Positions 52,580-62,676 of a stretch of DNA of 64,000 bases are shown piece by piece (the stretch's first letter is position 1; each line of letters opens with the position of its first letter). The notes beneath the pieces are model-generated. The model was not told the origin of the DNA, made no database searches, and worked only from the letters and a program-made list of their open reading frames with translations. Both the position numbers and the translations under genes were made by a program. The stretch covers positions 1 through 64,000 of the forward strand of contig JAYTHU010000075.1 in NCBI GenBank assembly GCA_043732305.1. Reading direction: 5' to 3'. The DNA comes from Oligoflexia bacterium (GTDB lineage Bacteria > Bdellovibrionota > Bdellovibrionia > JABDDW01).

Positions 52580-53758
52580 TTAGGGTTTTTCTAAATCAAC
52601 CCATTCCAGATCAGTCATAAAGGAAATGCGCACTTCTTTGGGCTTCACAATCCCATCACGAATTCGAATAATATCCCCACGTTTCAGCCCAGGCTTGAGG
52701 CGATTGCGATCGAGCCAACTCAAAAACTCGCGATTAACACCGCGGCAAATCATCTGACGAGTTTTTCCACGTTCGGCCTGAGCATCTCCCACAACTCGGG
52801 AAAGCCCAGTGAGATCGGTCAGCGGCTTTTGCCGCGCAAGCAGCAGATAACTCAAAGTGAGAGTGTCATTTCGCATCGGAAGAAATTGTTCCAAATTTTG
52901 AAACCACTCAGGTTTGGTCCAATGCACGCGGTGATGACACCAGTCTTTACCCGATTGATTGTACAATGGACAAAATTCTTGGTGTGTGCAAGGAGCCCAC
53001 GCGAACCAACCTTGCTCAATCATTTTATCTCGATAGAGCATCAGTTTTCGGCCAGCTTGATTGGTACTGGGTTCAATAATAATCAAACGCTGAACATGAT
53101 CAGGAATTTTTGGATACCCATAGGCTTGGCCGGCATGACCGGTTTCTTGACCGCGAGGCATCCCTCCAACGTGAGACTCGTGGGCGTCGAGTTCATTTAA
53201 AACGTAACTAAAAATCAGCGTGTCCGTATAACTACTTTGAGATTCCGCTTTCAGTGCATCACTAAGCTTAAGATCCCCGAGATTAGTATTCACATCCACG
53301 TTCATAAACTTCAGCCACTTTGCATACTCACGAATGGCCACTGAACTTCTGTCCGTTCCAGTGATTTTAATTGCTGGTAAAATAGCAGAGCATTCGGTTG
53401 CGAGAGCCATACTTGCCGCTCCGGCACCGCAGCCCCAGTCCATCACTCGGCGAGCGTCTAGTAAAAAACGTGTCTTACGAACCTCTGCCATCGCGGAACG
53501 GGATCGAACATAATTTAAAACATTGAAATAAGCCAAATAAGCCGCATGATGGCCAGGATCTTTCCAATAATCGTCGTGACTATGGGGATTCACTCCCCTG
53601 ATAAAAAAATCAGAAAGTTTCAAAACAGCCTGAGCTAATTTCTGCGGTTCTTTTAGAGAAAATCCTAAAGGCGCGATGGATTCCTCTAAATGCGCCAGAA
53701 AATCTTCAGGAACAGTTAGGTTTTTAACTTCTTGCGAAACTTCAAAGGATTGAAACAC
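52580..53758 (-). CDS. Rsm22/METTL17-family SAM-dependent methyltransferase-like protein
   Basis: AYLAYF, DWGCGAGAA, SYVLNEL, IIEPS, APCTHQEFCPL...DWCH. Confidence 0.85.
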   Translation of the reverse strand: MFQSFEVSQEVKNLTVPEDFLAHLEESIAPLGFSLKEPQKLAQAVLKLSDFFIRGVNPHSHDDYWKDPGHHAAYLAYFNVLNYVRSRSAMAEVRKTRFLLDARRVMDWGCGAGAASMALATECSAILPAIKITGTDRSSVAIREYAKWLKFMNVDVNTNLGDLKLSDALKAESQSSYTDTLIFSYVLNELDAHESHVGGMPRGQETGHAGQAYGYPKIPDHVQRLIIIEPSTNQAGRKLMLYRDKMIEQGWFAWAPCTHQEFCPLYNQSGKDWCHHRVHWTKPEWFQNLEQFLPMRNDTLTLSYLLLARQKPLTDLTGLSRVVGDAQAERGKTRQMICRGVNREFLSWLDRNRLKPGLKRGDIIRIRDGIVKPKEVRISFMTDLEWVDLEKP

Positions 53759-54677
53759 GATTTCGACCCGCTTTTTTGCTTAAGTAGGCCGACTGATCGG
53801 CTTTGGTGAATAATTGATTGTGATCTTGCATACTAGAATCAAGAGCAGCCACGCCAAGAGAAACTGTCACATGAATTTTTTGTGCGGCAAATTCAAAGAT
53901 GTGTTTTTCGATGGTTAAGCGAATGCGCTCCGCCACTTCGACGGCTCGATGCAATGGACTTCCTTGGAGAATAATAACAAATTCTTCTCCACCGTAACGT
54001 CCAAAAGTATCACCTGCACGGATCAAACCATTTTTTACGACTTGGCTGACTTCTCGCAAAACATAATCGCCAGCAGGATGTCCGAAAGTGTCATTTACTT
54101 TTTTGAAATGATCCAAGTCAAAAACAATCACGCAGAGATGTGTTTCTTGCGCGCGCGATCGCTTAAATCCATCTTCCAAAAGATTCATGATGGATTGTTT
54201 GTTAAGGATTTGGGTGAGTCCGTCAATGGTGCTCTTGTCATACAATCGGGCAGCAGCGACGGTTTCAATATTGCCTTGGCTCAAAAATTTAAAAATAACA
54301 TTTCCAAGCTTGATTCTGTCATTGTTAGCCAAAGCTTGAGGCGCATTGGGTAGCAACCGTTGATTCACCACTTCTGTCCCATTGGTCGAAGCTTGATCGA
54401 TAATGGTGACATTGGTATTATTTTCCACACGAAGTACCGCATGTTTTTTGCTCAGACTTTTTTCGTCTATCTGGATGTCGCAAGCGAGATCGCGTCCTAC
54501 GCTCATCTCTTCTTTGTCTAAGCTCCAACTTTTTCCCATGATGCCTGACGGCCCGTTCAAAAGCACAAGTGCAGGAGGAGCTTTTTTTGCTTCTTCGATA
54601 CGGATTTTAAGAGTGTCACTGTCAATGACATCGGTCTTATCCATAGCTTCAATTTTATCGTTTTTGTCATCCTGCAT
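53742..54677 (-). CDS. dgcB: FHA-GGDEF diguanylate cyclase (DgcB-like)
   Basis: VGR, LSKKH, STNGT (FHA); DLDHFKKVND.FGH..GD, I-site RAGD, GGEEF. Confidence 0.88.
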   Translation of the reverse strand: MQDDKNDKIEAMDKTDVIDSDTLKIRIEEAKKAPPALVLLNGPSGIMGKSWSLDKEEMSVGRDLACDIQIDEKSLSKKHAVLRVENNTNVTIIDQASTNGTEVVNQRLLPNAPQALANNDRIKLGNVIFKFLSQGNIETVAAARLYDKSTIDGLTQILNKQSIMNLLEDGFKRSRAQETHLCVIVFDLDHFKKVNDTFGHPAGDYVLREVSQVVKNGLIRAGDTFGRYGGEEFVIILQGSPLHRAVEVAERIRLTIEKHIFEFAAQKIHVTVSLGVAALDSSMQDHNQLFTKADQSAYLSKKAGRNRVSIL

Positions 54678-54684
54678 AGTTAGA

Positions 54685-54713
54685 ATTATAAAAGTTTAAT
54701 CCTCTGACTTCAA
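54685..54713 (-). promoter_or_regulatory. Sigma70 promoter giving a leaderless dgcB transcript
   Basis: TTGAAG-17-TATAAT-7 nt-ATG, no Shine-Dalgarno. Confidence 0.7.
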
Positions 54714-55943
54714 GGCCTGCTCTGCATAACGCAAATCGCCAAGAGATCCGAGAACAACTTTTTTGACGTCTTCCACGCCGGGCTGATCGTACGCATTGAT
54801 TCCGATGCGAGTAGCCATGGTAGTAACTAACAACTCAAAAAAGAAAATCATTTTGCCAATAGTTTGCGGACGATGGTCCAGGATTTTGATTTCAGATGTA
54901 GGTATACCGCAATTGGTAAGAATAAGTTTTGTCGCTTGAACTTGAAGCTTGAGTACTTCACCTACACTTTTTTTACCGAATAGCTTCAGATGCGCTGAAG
55001 CAATCTTGGTTATTTTCTGAGATTTCTCACTTTCAAGATTTCGAATAAAAAGAAAGCTTTTATCTCGGGCGCCCTCAACAAATTGTTGAAGCAAGGAATG
55101 CTGATCATTAGAACCGTAGCAAATCAGCGGTGTACTAACCTGAGGAGCAGGTTTTCCATTGAGTGCTTTGGATTTTGCCAAACTTTCAGACCAAAGTTGT
55201 TCGATCCATAACCCAAACGTTTTGAGACTTTCGCAATAGATCCAAAAAACACTAATCCAAAGTTTATCCTCAAAGCTTTTAAGATAGAAATCAGAGAGCG
55301 AGGCAATTTCTGATTTGGAATCAAGCGTACTTTTTGCGCCTTCCAGAATCTGCCGCACGTTCACTCCGGCCCAAACAAGTGGGGCAAGCCCCACATTAGA
55401 GAGTACTGAAAAACGCCCGCCCACATCAAGCGGCACAGGCAAGAATCTTAATCTCAATTCGATACCTAAAGATCTTAAAGAGCTCGGTTTGTCTTCCGTA
55501 ACAACACTCACATGATCTTTGATGGATTTTTTTTTCTTTTGGAGTAACTGTAAAATATGAGCAAGTTGCACGAGAGTTTCTGAAGTCTCACCGCTTTTTG
55601 AAACAGCGAGAAAATGAGTTTTCTTCAAATCAAAAGAAGAAAGTATTCTCTCGAATTCAAAGCCATCAACGTTACTTAAAAAACTCACGCGACGTTTGGG
55701 TTGTAGAAAATCATAAATCGCTTGAGTTCCTAATGCGCTTCCGCCAATTCCAATAACACAGAGATGATTTTGAGTTTTCTTTATACTTTTTGCCCAGGCT
55801 GAGCTTTGCTTCAAATGAATTGTTTCATGTGGAAGCTTCAACCATCCCGTCATGGCAGATTTATTTGAATCAGCAAGAGCCAGATTTAAAATTTCGTCCA
55901 AAGCTTGAGAGCTTTCCGAACTAAACTTCTCAGCTGTTACCAT
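54696..55943 (-). CDS. pgi: Glucose-6-phosphate isomerase
   Basis: IGIGGSALG, SKSGETSET, VGGRFSVLS, EQLWSES, DQHS, YDQPGVE. Confidence 0.93.
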   Translation of the reverse strand: MVTAEKFSSESSQALDEILNLALADSNKSAMTGWLKLPHETIHLKQSSAWAKSIKKTQNHLCVIGIGGSALGTQAIYDFLQPKRRVSFLSNVDGFEFERILSSFDLKKTHFLAVSKSGETSETLVQLAHILQLLQKKKKSIKDHVSVVTEDKPSSLRSLGIELRLRFLPVPLDVGGRFSVLSNVGLAPLVWAGVNVRQILEGAKSTLDSKSEIASLSDFYLKSFEDKLWISVFWIYCESLKTFGLWIEQLWSESLAKSKALNGKPAPQVSTPLICYGSNDQHSLLQQFVEGARDKSFLFIRNLESEKSQKITKIASAHLKLFGKKSVGEVLKLQVQATKLILTNCGIPTSEIKILDHRPQTIGKMIFFFELLVTTMATRIGINAYDQPGVEDVKKVVLGSLGDLRYAEQALKSED

Positions 55944-57112
55944 TCGTAATTGTCATCGATGTCACGCAGAAGATCACGCGCAATCAGCACTCGCATGATT
56001 TCACTGGTGCCAGCGCCAATTTCCATGAGCTTTGCATCACGCATGTAACGTTCGACGGGATATTCTTTGGTGTAACCGTAGCCACCCAGAATTTGAATTG
56101 CATTCATTCCCACCTTAGTTGCCATCTCCGCAGAAAAAAGTTTACACGCGGCGGCCATACGGCCCACTCGACTTTCCGAAAGTTTTTTTGCGTCGATCAT
56201 ACGCGCCACTTCAAAAGTAAGTGCCCGACTCGCAGTGATTTGAGTGTAGTCATCAGCAATCATTTTCTGAATCAATTGAAAACTGCCAAGTGGCTTATCA
56301 AACTGTTTTCGCTCTGTTGCATACTTTGTGGCGTACTCATGGGCCGCAAGTCCAAGTCCATTGCTGATTCCAGCAATGGTCACACGCTCGACATTTAAAT
56401 TTCGAACCATGTGCTTGACGCTCGAATTTAATTCCCCAACCAAGTTTTCCACAGGCACTTCGCAATTTTCAAAAATGAGTTCGCTCGTCGGTGATCCGCG
56501 CATGCCAAGTTTACTTAGCTTTTTTCCGACACTAAAACCCTTAAAGGTTTTTTCAACTAAAAATGTACTGAGATCTTTTTTTCCGGGACCGGTCTTCGCG
56601 TAACAAAGGAAAAAATGTCCAATAGGACCATTGGTTATGTAAGTCTTAGTTCCATTGAGAATATATTTATCACCAACTTTTTCAGCGCGAGTTGTCATAC
56701 CAAGGGCATCACTCCCTGCGCCGGGTTCTGTCATTCCCATTCCACCAATCCATTCGCCACTACATAGTCTTGGCAAATATTTCTTCTTCTGGGCTTCATT
56801 GGCGTTGGTGCTTAAATTATGAACAGCAAGCATCGAGTGCGCTAAATAAGACAGTGCCGTTGACGCACAGACGCGCCCCAGCTCTTCCATCACGATGGTT
56901 GCTGAAACAGTATCCAAGCCGGCACCGCCATATTCAGGTGGCACAGTGATTCCTAGAATCCCGAGCTCGCCCATTTTACGGAACAAGTCGGTATCGAATT
57001 TTTCTTTTTCATCTCTCTCTGCAGCACCGGGCGCGAGTTCTTTTTCCGCAAATGCACGCACCATTTCGGCGAGAGACTCTTGATCCTCGGTAGAAGCCAT
57101 CGGCAAAGCCAT
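55937..57112 (-). CDS. Acyl-CoA dehydrogenase (isovaleryl-CoA dehydrogenase-like)
   Basis: GMTEPGAGSD, NGTKTYITNG, KLGMRGSPT, R.QF, GGYGY....PVER..RDAKL.EIGAGTSEI. Confidence 0.93.
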   Translation of the reverse strand: MALPMASTEDQESLAEMVRAFAEKELAPGAAERDEKEKFDTDLFRKMGELGILGITVPPEYGGAGLDTVSATIVMEELGRVCASTALSYLAHSMLAVHNLSTNANEAQKKKYLPRLCSGEWIGGMGMTEPGAGSDALGMTTRAEKVGDKYILNGTKTYITNGPIGHFFLCYAKTGPGKKDLSTFLVEKTFKGFSVGKKLSKLGMRGSPTSELIFENCEVPVENLVGELNSSVKHMVRNLNVERVTIAGISNGLGLAAHEYATKYATERKQFDKPLGSFQLIQKMIADDYTQITASRALTFEVARMIDAKKLSESRVGRMAAACKLFSAEMATKVGMNAIQILGGYGYTKEYPVERYMRDAKLMEIGAGTSEIMRVLIARDLLRDIDDNYEW

Positions 57113-57140
57113 AGAACCTCCAAATTAGGTCCTGATTTAA

Positions 57141-58217
57141 TCAGATTGCGACGTCGAGTTCAACCCTGTAGTGACCACGCCACTCTTTAAGACGGGCCCG
57201 CGGTCTGCCGCCCTCTTCAGGATACTCGATAAAAACGTAGGTGAGCTTGGTGATTTTTCCAAGACTCGTGATGTCAAGACTCGTCAACTCCGTCCAGGTG
57301 CCCGTATTGAGGTACTCTTTGTTGAATCCCCACTGACGGTAAACATAAACGTGAGTGTGCCCAAAGCAGACCGTATGCACGCGGTCATCATTTAGAATTT
57401 TTCGAGCGGCACTTTCCAAATCTGGATAAATAGCGCTTTCCTTCATGATCTTGAGACTATTTCGAAGAGAAACTGGTCTTCCACGGTCCCGCTTCACACC
57501 TTGAAGTAAAAAGAAAAGAATGAATTGCGAAAGAGTTTTGATCGCGAAGAAAAATTCGTTTACGAGGCCCCATCGAATAAAAGCATCAAAGGGTCTGACC
57601 TTATCAATATGGGGCATCTTCTCTTTTACTTTAAGAACAAAATTAATAAAGAAGTAGCTGGCCCACGGAAGATTCAAAATCGGTTCGACCAGATCTTGTT
57701 TGATAAAAAACTTTCGAGGGTCGATTCGATTGGCCGCTTCATGCTGATGACCATGCTCAATATGAACGCCATCAAAGAAATAAACGATGTTTTTATAATT
57801 GATACGCGTGCCACAAGCTTCGTCCAAAACAAGACGTGTTTTGGGCCAAAGCATCCCTTGATCATGATTGCCAATGATATACGTGATTTTGCAACCAGGA
57901 AGGCTCGCGAATTTTTTAAGGGAATCAAAAACTTTTTTGTGACCGAGAATAATCTGTTCTGTTTTCCAAACGTCAATGCTCTCGGTAAGAACGGTTGTGT
58001 GATGTCCCTTGTAATCAGTTTGCAAAAGATTAAGGAAGTCGCCGTTGATAATGAGTTCTACTTCCGCGTTTTCCCATGCTCCAACCGTGTAATATTCTAA
58101 AAATTCACAGAATTTGTCGTCGTAATAGAATTCTTCTAAAACGTTGAAGGAACCATCTTGCAGGATGTGACCTTTCCCGAGATGAAAGTCACTGACAACG
58201 AGTTTTATTCGTTTCAT
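57141..58217 (-). CDS. Calcineurin-like metallophosphoesterase
   Basis: SDFHLG, NGD, GNHD, EHGH, FGHTH, YLNTGTW. Confidence 0.9.
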   Translation of the reverse strand: MKRIKLVVSDFHLGKGHILQDGSFNVLEEFYYDDKFCEFLEYYTVGAWENAEVELIINGDFLNLLQTDYKGHHTTVLTESIDVWKTEQIILGHKKVFDSLKKFASLPGCKITYIIGNHDQGMLWPKTRLVLDEACGTRINYKNIVYFFDGVHIEHGHQHEAANRIDPRKFFIKQDLVEPILNLPWASYFFINFVLKVKEKMPHIDKVRPFDAFIRWGLVNEFFFAIKTLSQFILFFLLQGVKRDRGRPVSLRNSLKIMKESAIYPDLESAARKILNDDRVHTVCFGHTHVYVYRQWGFNKEYLNTGTWTELTSLDITSLGKITKLTYVFIEYPEEGGRPRARLKEWRGHYRVELDVAI

Positions 58218-58220
58218 TAT

Positions 58221-59639
58221 TTAGCTCGCCACAAAAACGATATTACGAGATTTATTTTTTCCGACATACATAGCTTGATCTGCCATTTCTAAAATTTGTT
58301 CTTTGGTAGTGGCATGTTCGGGGAAGCTTGCAATTCCAATACTTAAAGTCACTTTGATTTGAGTGCCTTCGATATCGAATACACTTTCCTCCACTTGCTT
58401 ACGCGTTCGCTCTGCCACAACCTTGGCTTGTTCGGCGTTGGAGCCTACGAGCACCATGATGAATTCATCGCCGCCATACCGGAAACCATAATCCACAGTG
58501 CGAATATTGTCATTGATGATTTTTGAAAGTTTTTTGAGAACTTTACTTCCCACCACATGACCACGATTGTCATTCACGCGCTTGAAATGATCTATGTCCA
58601 TGAATAGAACCGAGAAAGAAGTGTTTGATCTCTGGGCGCGATTGATTTCTTTATCGAGGGCCAATTTTAAATAACGCTGATTGTAAAGTTCGGTGAGGTC
58701 ATCAATATAACTCATATCTTTGAGTTGCATGAAGCTTAGAACTTTTTCACAGTAGCGAGTCAACGAGCGCTGCAACAGGGGTAAAACTTCATTCAGCAAC
58801 TTAGCGCCATGATTCTGAGGTTCGATAATAAAAACGTGCCCCAAAACTTTGCCTGTTTCTAAGGATGCAATCGGAACCACGATGAAATCTGAATGTCTTT
58901 GGCCAACATTCTGGGGATCTATGTGCAGATGACTCTGGATTTGTTTTTCCCAACCTATAGGCAAGGAAGTACAAGCAGATTTTAAAAAATTCTGAATTTC
59001 AACAGGAGTAGTGTACTTCGCCGCAATCACTCGATGCTCTTCTTCTATAAATGAAGTGAGATTGTAAACTTCCGCTTCATGAAGATCTTTTCTTTGAAAA
59101 ACGAGGGCTTCACCGGCATCAAAAAATAAAACGTTTCCGGCTTTAAAAAGATCCATAAAAAGAAGAGTTGCTTTTTGTTTAAGATCAAAAAAAGTCTGGC
59201 AATCGATAAGCTCTTCCATAGATTCACGAACATCCAAAAGATTTTTATAATGAGTGTTTTGCTGGTCCATGTTGCCAAGAAAAATAAGTTTATTCACTTT
59301 ATTGATAAATGCTTTTTGGGATGGCAGTGGCCTCATCTTCTGATGAAAGGCGCCTTTAAACTGGCGCTGAAAATCTTCCGCTAAAGGACCCACCGCAATG
59401 TGAAGACTTGGAAATTTTGGATGAGCTTGAAAAATCTCTTCGCATATTTTCCAATAAGTCTTTGTGTGGTGACTGCAATGAATGAGTGCTTTTGCATCGC
59501 CCACATTTATTGCGGCCATGGCTTCTTTGATTGACTGGGGAGCAACGACTTCAAAGCCCGCATTGATCAAAGCTTGCACTAATTTTTTATTTGTTTGAGG
59601 TTCATCATCGAAAATGAGAACCCGGCGCTTGTCACTCAT
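58221..59639 (-). CDS. Pseudo-receiver / GAF-like / GGDEF diguanylate cyclase
   Basis: RVLIFDDE N-terminus, DDLTELYNQRY, DIDHFKRVND..GH..G, I-site RTVD, GGDEF. Confidence 0.9.
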   Translation of the reverse strand: MSDKRRVLIFDDEPQTNKKLVQALINAGFEVVAPQSIKEAMAAINVGDAKALIHCSHHTKTYWKICEEIFQAHPKFPSLHIAVGPLAEDFQRQFKGAFHQKMRPLPSQKAFINKVNKLIFLGNMDQQNTHYKNLLDVRESMEELIDCQTFFDLKQKATLLFMDLFKAGNVLFFDAGEALVFQRKDLHEAEVYNLTSFIEEEHRVIAAKYTTPVEIQNFLKSACTSLPIGWEKQIQSHLHIDPQNVGQRHSDFIVVPIASLETGKVLGHVFIIEPQNHGAKLLNEVLPLLQRSLTRYCEKVLSFMQLKDMSYIDDLTELYNQRYLKLALDKEINRAQRSNTSFSVLFMDIDHFKRVNDNRGHVVGSKVLKKLSKIINDNIRTVDYGFRYGGDEFIMVLVGSNAEQAKVVAERTRKQVEESVFDIEGTQIKVTLSIGIASFPEHATTKEQILEMADQAMYVGKNKSRNIVFVAS

Positions 59640-60561
59640 CTTTTTCGCCACCCTCCATGATGCTGAGGGCAAGTCTTAAAGCTTTAACAGTACGCGCGTG
59701 ACGCTCGCGCCACTCATCCATTATTGAATTGGATTTAGTGGTTTGAGATTTGTAATTGTCTATTTCAAATTGTAATTGATCAAGCTTACGTCTGAGATCC
59801 ATAAGCATTTCGTCTTTAGCCCTAAAGACAGCGACGCTTTCGGCTTTGATAATAATGTTTTTGCTTTCGTAATCACGTTCTCGATTACGAATTTTCTTAA
59901 GCTCTTCACGAAATCTCAAATCTATTTCGTCAAGCTTTGAACGGACCTCAATCAATTCTTTTTCTTTTGCCTTCAAACGTTCTTGATGCACGATTTTTTC
60001 TTCTTCTAAAATTTCAATTTTCTGTTTCTGCTTGTGTTCCGCATTCTCAAGCTGAGTCTTAAGTTCGTTTGTTGTTTTTTGCAGAGACTCAGAAGTAAGT
60101 AAAAGTTCGGAAACGTCATTACGTAGATCGTCGCGCTCTTTTTCCAATTCAAGTATTCGAACCTGCGCTACTCGCAAAGCTTCACTGCTACCAACAAAAT
60201 TTGAGACGTTTTCCAAAAGAGCTGATTTTCCGACAGCCTGATTTGCAGAGGACATCGCAGAAATGGACTGCGGTGCTAAGCCAGGTTTTTGCGCCGGCAC
60301 CCGAATCGGAGTAGCGGCGGCTTTCACAACTTGAGCAACTTCAACCACCTGTGCAGGCGGTGTGACTTGTTTAATAGAGGAACTATTGCTTGGCAGTTGA
60401 TACACGGCTGAGGCTGAAGTGGATTGGGTCATTGGTAAAGCAGCACTCTTGATTTCAGCTTTCGCTGAAACCGCATTTCCACTCGATGCTTTTTGCTTAG
60501 TTTCACTTTGCAAAAAGTCGGCGAAATCTTTAGCTATGTCCCTCTTCTTATTTGCATTCAT
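59632..60561 (-). CDS. Coiled-coil hypothetical protein
   Basis: Ala/Ser/Pro-rich N-terminal half, long heptad E/K/L C-terminal half; stop overlaps the GGDEF gene start. Confidence 0.75.
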   Translation of the reverse strand: MNANKKRDIAKDFADFLQSETKQKASSGNAVSAKAEIKSAALPMTQSTSASAVYQLPSNSSSIKQVTPPAQVVEVAQVVKAAATPIRVPAQKPGLAPQSISAMSSANQAVGKSALLENVSNFVGSSEALRVAQVRILELEKERDDLRNDVSELLLTSESLQKTTNELKTQLENAEHKQKQKIEILEEEKIVHQERLKAKEKELIEVRSKLDEIDLRFREELKKIRNRERDYESKNIIIKAESVAVFRAKDEMLMDLRRKLDQLQFEIDNYKSQTTKSNSIMDEWRERHARTVKALRLALSIMEGGEKDE

Positions 60562-60614
60562 CCAGTTGACGGATCGGGTTATTGCTGGAAAAATTGAATT
60601 TTTGGAGAATTATT

Positions 60615-61553
60615 TTACAGGTCTAGGTGAGTGACTCGTCTAAAGTCGGAGGCCCGCGATTTCAACTGTGCAGAGGTGACTGCCTTGAGACTGTTCACAC
60701 TAAAGTCCTGGACAGTGAAGCTTGCGAGGAGCGATCCCTGAACCGCAGCGTTCCTTAGAGCTTCCCAGTTGAGCGTCAGTTCGTTTTGTGCGAGGTATCC
60801 CATAAATCCACCGGCAAAAGTATCGCCAGCTCCAGTGGGGTCCACCACGTTTTTAATTGGAAATGCGGGCATCGCAAAATATTCGTTTTGATAATAAAGA
60901 ATAAAACCGTACTCGCCGCGTTTTATCACTACAGCTTTGGGACCCATTTTAGAAATGAGTTCACATGCCAAAACAGTGTTTTTCACTCCAGTGAGTTGTT
61001 TTGCTTCGCCGTCATTGATGATTAGAATGTCTAACTTCGAGAGAAGTTTTTTAAGTTCATCAACCTTGGTTTGTATCCAATAATTCATGGTGTCCGCAGC
61101 CACGATCTTAGGCTTTTCAATTTGAGATAGAACATCCATTTGGATCATAGGATCGATGTTTGCAAGAAAAACGTATTCACATTTTCGCTGGTCAGTATTC
61201 AATACGGGTTTAAATTCCGCAAAAACATTGAGTTCAGTTTTGAGAGTAGTCGCTTCGTTCATGTCGCCATTGTACTCCCCTTCCCAATGAAAAGTTTTCC
61301 CAGCCACGCAACTGATCCCTTCAATGTTCACTCCACGATCGGATAAAAGTTTTTTATCTTCTTCCCGATAATCATCCCCAACAACACCAACAACTGTGAC
61401 AGGCGCAAACATGGAAGCAGCCAATCCAAAGTAATTTGCGCTTCCACCAAGGGCTGCGCTGACTTTTCCACTGGGAGTGCTCACGCTGTCATAAGCAAGA
61501 CTTCCAACAACTAGAATTCTCGATTCATTTTTCATTTTTAAAATACCTTTCAA
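60615..61553 (-). CDS. PfkB/ribokinase-family carbohydrate or nucleoside kinase
   Basis: VVGSLAYD, LGGSA, IKRGEYG, DPTGAGDTFAGGF. Confidence 0.92.
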   Translation of the reverse strand: MKGILKMKNESRILVVGSLAYDSVSTPSGKVSAALGGSANYFGLAASMFAPVTVVGVVGDDYREEDKKLLSDRGVNIEGISCVAGKTFHWEGEYNGDMNEATTLKTELNVFAEFKPVLNTDQRKCEYVFLANIDPMIQMDVLSQIEKPKIVAADTMNYWIQTKVDELKKLLSKLDILIINDGEAKQLTGVKNTVLACELISKMGPKAVVIKRGEYGFILYYQNEYFAMPAFPIKNVVDPTGAGDTFAGGFMGYLAQNELTLNWEALRNAAVQGSLLASFTVQDFSVNSLKAVTSAQLKSRASDFRRVTHLDL

Positions 61554-61561
61554 AAAATTTA

Positions 61562-62647
61562 TTATTGGACAGTCATCCGTTGAGGATGCTGTTCCATTTC
61601 GGAACGGAGCTGACCACAGGCTGCATAAACATCTCGTCCCATAGTTTTTCTGATGAAAACTTGTTTTCTTTTTTTCATCAAATGGCTTTGAAATTCGAGA
61701 ACTTCTTTTTGTGGAGGACGGAAAAATCCAGAATCAGGATGTTCATTGAAAGGGATCAAATTGATTTTGCAAGGTATGCTGCGAGTGAGTTCTAATATTC
61801 TATCTGCATCGGCTATAGAATCATTCACCCCTTTGAGCAAAACATACTCAAAGGTAATGGGATCTCTGCATGCGGAATAATAATCCTTACAAGCATGCAG
61901 AAGTTTTTCGATATTATATTTATTGTTGATCGGCATGATCTTGCTTCTGATGGCATCCGTAGTCGCATTCAAACTGACGGCTAATCGCACGCCCGCTTGT
62001 GCCACTCGAGGAATCTGCGGCACAATACCGCTTGTGGAAATAGTGATGCGCTTCAAGCTCAAATCAATACCCTGCTGAGTATGAATGATGTCGATAGCTT
62101 TCATGACGTTTTCAACGTTGTCGAGAGGTTCGCCCATGCCCATGAAAACAATGTTGCTGATGCGTCTGGCAGGAACTTCCCCGGCCAAACTTTTGGCAGC
62201 ATTTAAAAACTGTCCTACAATTTCAGCAGTGCTCAATCTTCGCATGAGGCCCATTTCTGCGGTGAAGCAGAACTTGCAACCCATAGCACAACCGACTTCA
62301 CTGGACACACAAAGTGTCAGGCGATCCATGTTGGGAATCAAAACGGCTTCAATATTTTTTCCACCTTCGACGGCCATGAGAAATTTACGAGTGCCGTCAA
62401 CACTGTCCATCTGATGAACAACAGCCGGAATATTGAAATCGAGAAAACCTTTTACTTCATCGCGAAAACGTTTTGAGAGATTAGACATCTCATCAAGATT
62501 GGTGACGCCTTTTTGATATACCCAGCGAAAGATTTGCTCCGCGCGAAATTTTTCACTGCCGTGTTCAGCAAAGAATTCTTTGAGATCGGCAAGCGACATG
62601 TCATAGAAATTTCGCTTCTTCATTTCCGTAATTTGTAGGTTTTCCAT
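61562..62647 (-). CDS. rlmN: 23S rRNA m2A2503 / tRNA methyltransferase (radical SAM)
   Basis: CVSSEVGCAMGCKFC, FMGMGEPL, FEYVLL.GVND, NLIPFN, AACGQL. Confidence 0.96.
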   Translation of the reverse strand: MENLQITEMKKRNFYDMSLADLKEFFAEHGSEKFRAEQIFRWVYQKGVTNLDEMSNLSKRFRDEVKGFLDFNIPAVVHQMDSVDGTRKFLMAVEGGKNIEAVLIPNMDRLTLCVSSEVGCAMGCKFCFTAEMGLMRRLSTAEIVGQFLNAAKSLAGEVPARRISNIVFMGMGEPLDNVENVMKAIDIIHTQQGIDLSLKRITISTSGIVPQIPRVAQAGVRLAVSLNATTDAIRSKIMPINNKYNIEKLLHACKDYYSACRDPITFEYVLLKGVNDSIADADRILELTRSIPCKINLIPFNEHPDSGFFRPPQKEVLEFQSHLMKKRKQVFIRKTMGRDVYAACGQLRSEMEQHPQRMTVQ

Positions 62648-62676
62648 AGGGGCGGAAGATACCACATAGACACGTC

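Noticed and set aside
57525..58100. 191-aa plus-strand ORF
   Set aside because: Antisense shadow of the metallophosphoesterase.
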